Source of the DNA: Vermamoeba vermiformis
Taxonomy: Eukaryota
Length of the DNA: 64,000 bases
Assembly (NCBI GenBank): GCA_045837725.1
Contig: JBEWZL010000101.1
Location: 186,001 to 250,000 of the forward strand
Direction: 5' to 3'
The translations under genes were made by a program, and so were the position numbers. The notes beneath the pieces are model-generated. The model saw only the letters and a list, made by a program, of their open reading frames with translations, had not been told where the DNA came from and did not search any database. Shown here in pieces: positions 38,469 through 51,400 of this stretch (positions within the stretch are counted from its first letter, which is position 1; each line of letters opens with the position of its first letter).

Positions 38469-38690
38469 ACTTGTAAAATAAAACACCTGTATTATAGCTG
38501 CACTGCTCGGAGTACCCTCCTATATATAGACCACTCATCAGTACGCTGTTCATGAATGAGTTTGAGTCAGATCTGGTTCTAATCGCAGCACGTGACTGAA
38601 GCTGTTATTTGTTCAAGAGACGCGCAGATATTTCATAATTTTTTAACTCACAACCAACACGCCTCTCCTTATTTAACTAGGCCTGTTAAT

Positions 38691-40939
38691 ATGTACAGCA
38701 TTGCGAGGGCTTTTGGTTCGCTTGCTAAGCGCGGATCTTCTATCAGCAAAAAGACGTCGAGTGTAATGGTATGCAATTATTATTATTTTTAATACCGATT
38801 ATATGCTATAATGAATGTCATGTAGCACATGTTTGGATTGTTAAAATTATTGAAAATTATTGATTGATTTTTGAAATTAATTACAGATCTGCTCTCGCGC
38901 CTTGACTACCCGCCCTATCAATATTTTGGACGGTAGTGTTGATAAGAACAGCACTGAATATAAGGTAATTAATATTACTAAGTGGTTCTATGTGTCACAC
39001 ATCCACGCCTCTCCAATTGATTTCATCCTTTATTCTAACAACAATATTGACATTAATATGCAACAGGAAAATTATCAAAAAATGAAGTCTTCAGTCGATG
39101 AGCTGCACAAGATTATCCACAAGATTAAGCTAGGTGCGCTAACACTCTTGCACTCTACAACAGCAGATCTGACCCTTACTGCTAGGTGGTGATGAGACCG
39201 CGCGCAAGAAGCACGTGGCACGCAACAAGTTGTTGGTGCGCGATCGCATTGGTGCTCTGCTCGACCAGGGCTCACCATTCGTCGAGTTCTCGCAGTTGGC
39301 AGGCTACAACTTGTACGACGAGGAGGTGCCCGCTGGTGGCATTGTGACAGGCATGGGTCGCGTGCAGGGGTAAGTGTCTGTGGCCCTGGTATATTTGCAG
39401 GTGTCGGCGCATTCTTTGCACATCGCTGATGACGTCCTGTCACGCAGACAAGAAGTGGTGATCGTGGCCAATGACGCGACAGTGAAGGGTGGCACGTACT
39501 ACCCCATCACCGTCAAGAAACACATTCGCGCGCAAGAGATTGCACTCGAGAACCGCTTGCCGTGCATCTACTTGGGTGAGTACGCAGACCACTGAATGAC
39601 ACGTGTCACTGACTGACTTACACAGTGGACTCGGGTGGTGCCAATCTGCCGCGTCAAGCTGATGTCTTCCCTGACCGCGATCACTTCGGCAGAATTTTCT
39701 ACAACCAAGCACAGATGTCTGCCAAGGGTGTACCACAGGCACGTGATCATTGGCCATTCACTGAATCTCATTCGCTGAATCTTATTCACTAATCACGTGT
39801 CCAGATTGCAGTTGTCATGGGCTCGTGCACAGCAGGTGGTGCCTATGTGCCGTGCATGGCTGACGAGGCTGTCATTGTCAAGGGCAACGGCACTATTTTC
39901 TTGGGCGGTGAGTGACGTCACTTTGACACTTTGACACTGTGATTGACACGTGTCACTGACTGCTCTGACAGGTCCCCCACTCGTCAAGGCCGCTACAGGT
40001 GAAGAAGTGACTGCAGAAGACCTCGGTGGCGCAGATCTGCACTGCCGCGTGAGTGGTGTGACCGATCACTACGCGCTCAATGACCACCACGCCCTCGAGA
40101 TCACGCGTCGTATTGTCGCCAATCTCAACTACAAGAAGGCACCGCAGGGCAATGTGACTGCCGCGAAAGAGCCGCTGTTCGACATGGACGAGATCTACGG
40201 CGTGGTGCCCGCAGACATGAAGAAGTCGTGGGACATTCGCAAAGTGATTGCTCGCATTGTGGATGGCAGCGAGTTCGACGAGTTCAAGCAGCACTACGGC
40301 ACCAGTCTCGTCACGGGCTTTGCGCGCATCTACGGCTATCCAGTGGGCATTGTCGCCAACAACGGCATTCTGTTCTCGGAGTCCGCGGTCAAGGGCACGC
40401 ACTTCATTGAGCTCTGCAATCAGCGCGGCATACCACTCGTCTTCTTGCAGAACATCACGGGCTTCATGGTCGGTCGGTCCTATGAAGCAGGAGGTATCGC
40501 CAAGGACGGTGCCAAGATGGTCCGCGCTGTGGCCTGCAGTCACGTGCCCAAGTTCACCGTGCTCGTCGGCAACAGCTTTGGTGCAGGCAACTACGGCATG
40601 TGTGGTCGCGCATACAGCCCGCGCATGTTGTGGATGTGGCCCAACAGTCGCATCAGTGTGATGGGCGGCGAACAAGCTGCATCAGTGCTCGCGACCATTC
40701 AGCGCGACAACAAGAAGGCGCAGGGTGTCGAGTGGCCGCGCGAGGACGAGGACAAATTCAAGGCTCCTATTGTCTCCAAATACGAGAAAGAGGGTCATCC
40801 GACATTCAGCAGTGCACGCCTATGGGACGATGGCGTGATTGACCCTAAAGACACTCGTCGCGTACTGGGTCTGGCGCTGAGTGCTGCTCACAATGCCCCG
40901 ATCCCGCACTCCACTGAATTTGGTGTGTTTAGAATGTAA
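38691..40939 (+). CDS. MCCC2: 3-methylcrotonyl-CoA carboxylase beta subunit
   Basis: [54 protein letters not shown]-terminal FGVFRM. Confidence 0.97.
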
Positions 40940-41029
40940 TGCAAGCGATAAATAGAGTATTCAGCATACTGGTGTTAATGTCGCAAGTTTATATTTGGTT
41001 TTAAATACTATATACAATTCGAGATATAT

Positions 41030-42809
41030 TTACAATAACAAAACGATCGAACCGATCAAAATAAAGATAAAAGAGAGTGACATAGCGGAAGCCGAGTTAT
41101 TATTGTTGTGGTTGAATTTGCTCGGAGGATAAGTCACTGGCACTGGCGGATCAAAGTCGTGCAATGGAGGGTCGGGCAAGGGAGTGGGATTCCAATCAGA
41201 CAGAATGGTCTGTGCGCGGCCAATCAACGACCAAACATTGGCGTTCATGTTGTAGGGCTTGTTCAAGTAGGTACCATTCATCAGCGAGGCAAAGATATTG
41301 TCTTTCGGCGTAACCACATCCGGCGTAAAGACGTTCTCGTCCAAAGAACTAGAACCGTCGCTGCCATACCAGACAGTGAAGTTTACCACACCCATATAAT
41401 GTTGTTCAGTGCAGTTGCTGCAGCCCTTGTAAGGCTCGTCGTTGTACTCGAAGAAAACAGATCCGATCACCGAGCTGCTGTCGACGTGGTCCATCAAGTC
41501 CTTCCATTGCTGGTTGAACCAGTTGGGATAGACGTAATTGACGTCTTTGTCAGCTGGGAAACCTTGTTCACCAATCAGAAGAGGAATGTTGTACTTGGCG
41601 GTCAAGTTCATGAAGCCGCTGAAGTTGAGCAGTGGATCGCCAGCCCACAGAGTACCAAAACCTTCGGGACCACGATATCCGGCATTCGTAGTGAAGACAT
41701 CGACGTCCAGTTCAGGTACTAAGGTGTCGTAAATCTCCGGATCATCGACCACAGCGCTGGTGACGGGCACTACTCGGTTGTGCAGCTCCATTGTGACGTT
41801 GCGGATGATGGCCAAGTGCTTGTTAATGAAGCTGAGCATGTCAGGGTTCTTCTTGAAGTTGAGTTCGTTACCCATAGCCCACATGAGCAGTGCTGGGTGG
41901 TCCCCGACGTCAATAATTTGACTGCGGATCCAATTTTCAACCTTGTCCGAGGGATTGTTTGTAAATGTCGCTTCATCACTCAGAATCGGAAAAATGACCT
42001 TCATGCCGTATTTGTACGCCATGTCTAAGAACGGACGATGTTGAGGTCCGTAGTTCGTGACTTGAATGTCGGGATCTGTGCTACCGAACTCGCGCACGTA
42101 TGTCGCGGAAGAGGGATTAACGTTGTAAATGCGCACGGTATTAATACCCAGACCTATTAAAGGCAGAATCTTAGTTAAGTTCGCAAATCCAACAAAAAAA
42201 TGAGATTTCTATGTGTATTCGAATTAAATTGTTAAGTGAAAGTATCAAATTGTGGTCAAATACATACTCTTCATTATAGGAAAGTCTCTTTCCCAAACTG
42301 GAGCCCACCAGCCACCGGCGGGGCCAGGAGGATATCGCGTTGGATCGACACCTCCATCTGCAAAGTCGCTGTCGTGGCAAGCTGATTTCCATTCATTGAA
42401 TACGGTCTGTAAGGTATATCAGTAAGTTTGTTACCGAATTCTAAACAGTTTACACCCGATTTGCGGTCGAAATATTTAAAAAATTCGGATTTCGCTTCGT
42501 CGTTCCAAATCTGTTCAGTTTCCAAAATAATACTTACACGCTTGGGAGAGCAGAATCCTCCGCCACCCCAACCATCAGCGTCCATCTTTTGATAACCGAG
42601 TGGCACGGGATTGTAAGCCATGCCTTTTACAAAGAATTCCTTGCTGCATCCAAAATGTCAGTATGAAGGAATCTTGAACGTGCTTGCTTGACTTACCCGT
42701 CGACATATAATCGCCTATCTTTTACAATCACATCTCTGGCATTATAATCAGCGCTGCATATTGTGAATACAGCAGCACTGAGCAGCAGGATAGCGAACAA
42801 GTATCGCAT
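41030..42809 (-). CDS. Secreted, probably GPI-anchored clan GH-A glycoside hydrolase
   Basis: Signal peptide; LYVDG/EFFVKGMAY; NTVRIYN; WAMGNE (acid/base); IGEQG (nucleophile); FEYNDE; hydrophobic C-terminus. Confidence 0.8.
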
Positions 42810-43542
42810 CTGAAATATTTTCAAAAAGTTTTTTTGAGCTACGTCTCTCCTGTTGGAGCAGTTGATGAAAACAAACAATTTTCAAGTTTCATGTTTTTTA
42901 TGTCAAAAGGTGAGCTCGATTAATTTTGTCGAATAACTTCAGCTGTTTTCATTAAAATTTTTGCTAAATTTCTAACGTGAAAAAATTCACTCTGCATTCT
43001 CATGCCAAATATAGTAAAAATCTGTGCGCAATGACAAAACTGCGTGAGTTCTCGTGCAAAAAGATAACAGGCGTAACAAAAGATTGTTCGGCGGTGACAA
43101 ACCCGAATGAATTTGAGAAACAGATCTTCGGCCGAGCGGATTCCGCCATTGTAAGCGCGTTTTCTATTGATTAGCATCTATATTTAGCAGCACGAGTAAT
43201 TTGGTGATACGCACCTAAGTTTTGCCAACTTCTCAGCTGATTTTCGGCGGATTCGGCCTTGTATGGGGTTGGGATACGGACACTCGTGACACTATCGATA
43301 CCGATGAACTAAGATAAATATCAACGGATAATATCTATGTCTTTCGCTCACTGGTCTTAAAGCCTATTTGTTGCAACTCTCTATCATGACTTTATCGGGA
43401 TCTAAAACTTGAATCAACAATGATTGTAAACCCAAGTGGCAGATTACATTAATAATGCTAATACAATCGCAACGTGAGTGAAGATATAGTATTTAAACCA
43501 AATTTGAGCTGTTTTCTCAACGCTCAACACAGATGACAGCTC

Positions 43543-46500
43543 TCAGTAAAATGCGAATTTGTGTTGTGTAGAAGAATGAAGTTCTATATATTTTAGCAAT
43601 ATGGAGATATAAACTTACCAAGTCTGGGAGTTGATGGACTAATTCTGGCGCCGATCCATGCATCAAATTTGGCTAGGTCCTTGAGCAGAGAGTTCTCGTC
43701 TAAAAGTGGTTATTATATTTATATACCACTTACCACTGCCATACTGAGATAATTGTCGTTTATTATAACGCAGTTTTGTACAAAAATGTCTTAAAGAATG
43801 AGGCTGTAATGATCTGCAGCCAAAGGTCAGTTATTTGAATCAAATAGAGAACATCAATACTTACGCGAGCCATCATTAAGCAGAGGACTCTTATCTTCCT
43901 CAACAAAGTTGTTTGTTTTGGTATCGATCGGTCTCGCCCTAAAATGGTTTGGATCAGTAAAAAGCATGACTACTTATAGTGCAGTAATTACCCGAGATAA
44001 TAGGGTGAGTTAGGAGTGCGTTCAAGCTTCTGAATGATCTGATAATAGTCTGGCAGGTAGTTGAACTTGATAGCCTTGATGAACATGACTGGCGCCATAG
44101 CAACAACGGTGATGAGCTGCATCGATAGTGAGTAATATGATACTTGTCTCATAGTATTGGCAGTGTCGAGTACTCACCACTTGAGCGAGCCAGAACTCCG
44201 GTAACTCGTACAAGCGGAACATAGTGCCGTAGAAGGCAGAGTGACGCCAGTAGTTGAGCGCGGCCATTGATGCAAAGTACAGCGCGAGTGTGCCGTGAAT
44301 GACGAGGTGATTGATGTAGGTCACGTAACTATCAAGCAGTCAGCATTCATAGTCGACTGCAACACGGAGGACTTACTGAGACTCGCTGAGGATGGTGAGT
44401 GTTTGAATGACCACACAGGCCGTGTAAGCCACCATCGAGAGCTCTTCTTGGTCCATCCACTCGCCGAACCAGTCAATCGTGATCCAGAACACTGCTGCGG
44501 CCTAGCTGGGTGATTAGTCCTTGAATTTTCACAGCAATGTCTGATAATATCTTTGAACATGCCTGCAATATCGAGCGAATGAACCAATAGATGAACACTT
44601 TGAAGTTGAGGAACGAGGCTCGTTGTGACTCGAGATAGAGCTTGGGATTTTTCATCAAGGTGGCATTCGACACGTCCTGATCCAACGAGTAGAACACGAT
44701 AGGGAAGCCAGTGAACACTACGTTGTATGAAACGAGTGCAATAGTATTGAAGAAGGTGTGGCCTGAATAGCCTGAATAGAGTGCAAAGCTTTGAAATATT
44801 ATTAGTCTTGTCACCACCTGTCAATGACTTTGCAGACTTACAAAACTTGAATAAAAGCAATGAATAGTGACTTGTGGAAGCAGTACAGTGTCACAAAGGC
44901 TGTGCGGCGATAGGACTGTCTGCCGTGCACGAACAACAATCTTGGCAAGAATTTGAATTCTGACGAAAATACGTGTTAGATTACCGTGTAATAATTGTGA
45001 CACGCGTCACTTACTGGCAAATGAATAGTCCGAGGCACGAGCTGCTTGGAGACCTTCTTTGCCGTGAATGCCGACACCGACATGTGCCATTTGAATCATG
45101 GAAACGTCATTGCCTCCGTCACCAATGGCAAGTGTGACCTTTTTGGTACCTTTCTTGATCAGCTCCACGATCTAAAATTCGATTAATATGGCTTGATATT
45201 AAGAGGCAATACTCACTTGAGCTTTTTGGTGAGGAGTTGTACGGCAGCAAATTACAGACTTGCAACGAGTGACAACTGAGAGAAAATTCTGCTTGTTGTC
45301 GCCCAACGCAAACGGCAATACTTTGCCATCGATGAGCACCGAAAATTCACCGCTTTCAGTGTAGAGAACGCGCTCTAGAGCCTCGTCGATGACATCACCG
45401 ACCTCCATCGAGTTGTTGCCTTCGATGATGATCAAGTTCTGGTTGTTGGGACTCTCAGCCAGCAAGTTGGTCTGCTTGGCAATCTGAATGGCAGTCTCGG
45501 CCTTGTCACCAGTGATCATCCACACCTTGATGCCTGCTTGTTGCAACATGGCAATGCTCTCAGGCACGGCGTCTTGTAACTTGTCTTCGATGGCTGTCAC
45601 ACCAACAAATGTCAAGTTATTTTCAACCTCAGCGTAGCAAGCAGCGAGTTTGATGTCGCGGTCTTCAAGAGAGGTGTTGGCCTCTTGGTAGATGTTGCTC
45701 CAGTCCTCATACTCGCGCAGGGACATACGCTTGTACGCGACGCACATGGTACGTAGACCAAGCTTGGCAAACATGTCTACTTGTGTTGTGGCCATTTCCA
45801 CGTCTTCCTCTGTTGGTACGTGTTATTAGTGACCTCACTAACGAGATGACTTACTGTTGTGAATGAGCGGCAAGATCTTGTCATCAGCACCCTTGATGAA
45901 TAGCAACACTTCATCAGCATCGCCCTTCATTTGAGCACTGCTGCGCTTGTTGTGAATGCGACGCAGCATGACAGACATTCTTTTACGGTCAGAGCTGAAC
46001 TCGAGCGTGTTCAACAGTTCATAGTGCTCGGTCTCACCGCAGACATTCAGTTCAAGAGTTGACAAGTGTCGGCGACGGAACACAATGTTAAAGTGCGCGG
46101 CTGCATTGACCATCGCTTCTTCATCGGGCGAAGAAGATTTCCAAGCCAACTCCTCGTCACTGAAAATTGTTAGATCGGCATAAAATAAGTCGGGATGTTA
46201 CTTACTTAGGATGTGCGGGCACGACGGTGTTGCACAGAGTCAATATCTTGAAGAACAACATGACGTCATCTTGACGCTCAACAATGCGTTGACGAAGTTT
46301 GGAGTCTGCAGGTAAGATTGTGTTAATAAGGGTCATGACATGTCACTACTAAATCCGTACCAGAGAGAGCATTGCCAGTCTCCAAATTGTGGCCATAAGT
46401 CGTTGAGCCAATAGTGCACTTAGCGAATCTCATCACGTTGTCGGTGAGCGTGCCAGTCTTGTCGCAGAAGATGTACTCGACTTGGCCCAAGTCCTCGCTG

Positions 46501-48177
46501 ATTGCAGAGCTAATGACATGATATTAGGACAGAGGTATAATTGAGTGCACTTCACTTACTTGGCCGCACGTGCGCGCACTGAGGTCTCTTCGTCAAAGAA
46601 CTCGAGGTCCCAGCCAATGAACATGGCGTAGGCGTACTTGACCAAGTCCATGGAGACTTTGAGTGAGATTGGAATCATCAGCGATAACAACAACACAAAG
46701 CGAAGAGGCACAATAATCCACGACCACCAATAGGTCACACCTGAGAAGTGATCGAGGTACCAGTGCTAATGCAGGTATTAGTGACTGTTTGATAGGTGCT
46801 ACTAAAGATGCTCGTACCTCAGAGGTGAAGTAGACCGACCAAACATTGCCGAGGACACCGAGCACAATGACAATCAGCAGCTGGAAGATGAACACAAAAG
46901 CGACTAGTTTGTTCACAAATCGATCCATTTGCGTCCACTTGATGGGTGGGTGACTCTTGTTCTGACCAATCTTCGTGTCATTGCCCGTGTACACTGCAAC
47001 ACCAATCAACCAATCAGTGTTGCGTAAGTGTGTGGCCTGCAAGATGACATTGTTGACGGAAAGCGAGATGTATTGTTGGTGCGGTAAGTCTTTAAGAGAG
47101 TAATTATTCGAGCCTTCGGAACCCGCGGAGAATGATTCGCGAGACTGATTACCGGTCATTAGAGCGTGGCTGTCCTCCGCCATAATCATGCGCGAGTCAA
47201 ACTTGTAAATCTCACCGTTGGGTCCCGCACACTCAATCAAGGCCTGATCAACACTGTGAGTATTGTGCTTGGCTAGTGCATTCAAAAGGTACTCACTTGC
47301 ACACGATACAACTCCTCGTTGTTCAAATTTTGAGTGCGCAACACAGCTTGACGTGACTTGTAGTCTGTTTCACCGTCGAGATTTGCAGTCTAATAGGACG
47401 TGAGTTAAAATAACACAAGTTGTGACTGTGCTATTAATGTACCTGAATATAGGCTCCTCCAGTCTCGTCAGATGTTTTCAAAATGACCAAGTCACACGGG
47501 GCCTCGTTATTGTTCTCCATATAGACCAAGTCACCGACTGAGATGTCGCAGGACGGGATTGACATTTTGACACCGTGACGAATAACATAGTACGGCCGTT
47601 CGTTAGCCTTCTTATCAGCTTTGTAGCGGAAATAATCATCCGCAGCTTCTTTTGCAGCAGTCAACGAGAAAATGAATGCCAAAGGGAACCTGTGTTAGCA
47701 ATCAGATCTGGCTAGAATCAGTTAAGAAACCAGACGTACCAGCTAGTAATTGGGTTTACAGGTGTAATGGAAGGGAAGAGTTGCAATATGGCAATAAATA
47801 AGAAATACAAGTTCATGAACCTCCTGTAATTAAAGTACTGTTAGCCTGATCCGAACTTTCCGTATTATTTTCGCTTTTTCGAAATTAAAGCAACATCCTA
47901 ATATTATAAATTTTGTTAAATACGGCACTTACATAAATTGTTCGAGAATGTTCTTTGGCAGGAAACTCCACACAGTATATTTCGTGTTTGAAATTCTGTT
48001 ATCAGAATACTGCGTATTTCCAGTAGGATCATTTACTGCAACTAATCTTTTTGATTCTTTCCGCCTCTATAATAATATTGAAGTTAAAAGATAAATAAAC
48101 GAGCGATCTCAAAAAATTAAGAATAACGTTAAGGAAATATCTTTTAGCTTTCTCACGTAAGCAACATTTTTGATCAT
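43543..48177 (-). CDS. P4-type ATPase (phospholipid flippase, ALA2-like); alternative stop at 43791
   Basis: [48 protein letters not shown]. Confidence 0.95.
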
Positions 48178-48436
48178 ATTCCAACAATAAATTTGATTAT
48201 AGTATTAAAATTAAAGATTAAATTGCAATTTGGCAGCGGATCTGCACTATACCTTTTTACAATTGCAGCTCCAAATTGACTTTGGCATTCTTAATATGGT
48301 CGATATACAAGTTAAATATGGAGATACATAAATAAAAGGGTGATGTGTCCTTGATTTTTATGAACAAAAATAAATGTCGGTGGTTCACATCCGCTTTGTT
48401 TTACAGAGTGCAGTATGGTACAAATAGTTATTTACA

Positions 48437-51400
48437 TTATGCTTTGATGTCAAATAGAACTGGCCGCAGCATGTCGAACACGGTGTCCCATTCTTCCTGG
48501 CTTAGATAATTGATCGAGCTGACATCCAGTTCCTACAAAGAGGTGAGATTATGAACTCTAATAAACAAAGTATAATATTCCGTACCTTTATAAAGTTGCT
48601 CCAGAGCTCGTCGTGTATTTTGTTCTCAGAATGGCGGAACAATATCTTACACGCACTGAGCGCTACGTGCATCTCAACGGTGCCGTGCAGGGGGTGTTTG
48701 AACTCGTCGAACAGACTCTTGTAGTACTCTTCAATCAGTTCTGCATCGTACACTGCGTGTCTGAGCTCGTCTTCCATCAGTACGAAGCGTGTCATGCATT
48801 CCTCGCGACACCACGGCGTGTTGGTCACTTGTTTCACACGTCCATCGCGCTCATAGACGTCAAAATATCTGTAGACATCACCGTCATATTGCTTTAAGTC
48901 TTGGTTGATGTGATGCGCGAGCTTGGTCATCCACACGGCCAAGAACTCGGTGGTGTGCTTCTGTTCGGGGTTATTTACATAGAGCTTGCTCAGCTCATTC
49001 AGCACACGGCCTGATGATAGCAATTAGTCGAGAGTGATGCAGTGACCCGTGTTGTCATACCGTAATTGTGCAAGGCAAAGTCGTTCATCGAGCACATCTC
49101 AAGACACTTCAAGTACATGTCGCGCGACTGCTCCAACAAGTTGATGTGCGTCTCGAGGTCCAAGGCCTAAAGGCTGGCGTTATATCCAGGACCTTATAAT
49201 CACGCTATTCGTACCTTATTGGCTCTAGCCTTCAAAAAGTATCCGTGCTGGAACAGATTCAAGAACAAGTGCTTCACTTTGGGTGTGTAGTCCTGCACAT
49301 CTTCTTCGGCGAGTGTTGCGTGACCGCCTTGAGACAGCAAGAGATCGATCTCTGCCTTCTTGTTGGGGTTGATAGTAATGGACATCATGGAAAGCAGTCT
49401 ATCGGCTAACGCTGCCAAGTCAACCATATGCTTTTCGATCACTGGAGGCGGCATGTTGGGCAAATGTGCAGGAGATTGCGGTTGATTCAGTGAACTGCTC
49501 AAAGAAGCTGCAGGTGTGCTCTGTTGGGACTGCTGCGAGATCGGTGTCGTTGTGCCTTGGGACTCGGTTCTGTGCGGAGAGGCAGGAGGCGTGTTGGTGT
49601 TGGAGGGCACTTTTCTTGAGTCGCGTGCCTCTCCATATTCGCGCAGAGGTGATGAGGGCACTGACGTTCGAGAGCCACGGCGAGATCGTTTGCCAGCAGG
49701 AGCTCCATCGTACTCGTGCACATCACTCAGATCGACGTTGTCTGCGTGAATAGTTGACGTGCGTCGTGTTCTTGTGCTACGTCTGGTGGGAGTGGCAGGC
49801 TGATCAGATTGCACGCTCTCAGTTAGGGCCTTAGACTCGCTCACTTTCTCGGCATTGTAGTCCTGGTCTTCATATTCGCCAAGATCTTTGTCATCGTAGG
49901 CAGAGTCAGTGAGTTTCTTCGACGGCGTGGCTTTGCGACCTCGTCCACGACCTCGTGTGCTCGTTGACTTCTTTGGACTGGCACGTGGCTTCTTTTCTTC
50001 GGGGTTCTTTTTGGGTCGTGGAATGTACTTCCCTTTGTAATAGTTTGAATAGCGAGGGATGTACGGTGAATAAAGCTTCTCCGTCAAGTCGTCAATCTGT
50101 TGCATGACTTGATTGGTCTGTTCAGACAACACATCCAGTGGTGACATATTGCCTTCTACAAGAGAATGTGACATGACAACAAATGTGCTGTCAGGGCAGT
50201 CAAACCACTTGGTCACTTCATTTTGCAGTGTTTGTGTCCAGAACTCGTTGTTGTTCGGTCCAAAGGCCTTGTTAAACAGCTCAGCAATCAGTCGGTGATA
50301 AGTTTCACTCATTGTTGCTCCAGAAGCCCGGAAGGAGTCATTGAGCATGTGCTTCAGTGTGCGTGCCACCATCTCCGTGTACAACAGCCTGTTGCAGGGA
50401 TTAGATTTAGAACAAGCACGACTAGTAGTAGTCTACTTACCGTTTAAAGTCGTCGCGTTTGAGCAAATGAGCGAGTAACCACGTGTATCTGAAGTTAATA
50501 CCACGCTGATGTATTAACACCATCAACTCGCGAACAGATAAGTGACAGGGGATCTTTTCAAACATGACAGCTGTTTGAGGGATCAATTGATAGAGCAGGT
50601 AATTCGTGGCTTCCATAATTTCACCGTTGTTAGTCTTGGCATCGACTAATTGCTTCAAAAATCCATCAGCAACGAGCGGCTTGAAGTACTTGCGACAGAA
50701 CTCGAGTCTGAACAAGCGGTACAAGAACGAGCCACGCAGTTTTGGATCAGGTCGTACTGGTGGCAGCACACGTGCAAAGTCACAGCTAGCACGACATTAG
50801 TATCGAGGCAAGTTACGATCGAATGCACGTACCAGTACAAGTGTCCGTCAGTACCAATGTGTCCCTCGAGATCAAATGTGATGCACACGCGCTTGAGTAC
50901 ACCGTTGTAATTCATCTCGTGCGGTTTCAAGTTCAAATATCTGCCCCATGCTTGCAACAACTCTTCTAATTGCACGGCACTGGGTCGTTGTGGATCTGGT
51001 GTGTTGAATGTTTTGCCGCCGTCAGGTGAGCCATAGACGAGCGTTTCTAGCGACACAGTGATTAGTAATTTTGAATGATCTCAATTGGCTGACATACTCG
51101 AGTTGAGTGGCAAGATGGTTGTGGCGACCAATCTGAAGCCGCGGTAATCGATCACAGCGGTCAACGGGAATTTGATCGTGAACAGACCCACGCCCTTGAA
51201 CTCCCAGTCAATCAGCGCTTGAATGCCTTTCAACTCGTGCGCGGCTGCTTTGCTCGCTCGTTCAACGCTGCCACCGTAAATGTTGTGCTCATCCAACGCA
51301 AGTTTGAAGAAAATTCCGCGGTGAATGTACTTGACACCTCCTGCGATACCTCCCGCATTGATGGGCAGAATGGTTTGTTTGCCCTTCGGTAAAAATCTAT

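Noticed and set aside
42810-43540. Long intergenic stretch as a possible ncRNA or mobile element
   Set aside because: No tRNA or snRNA motifs, terminal repeats or credible ORF seen; consistent with promoter and 3' UTR
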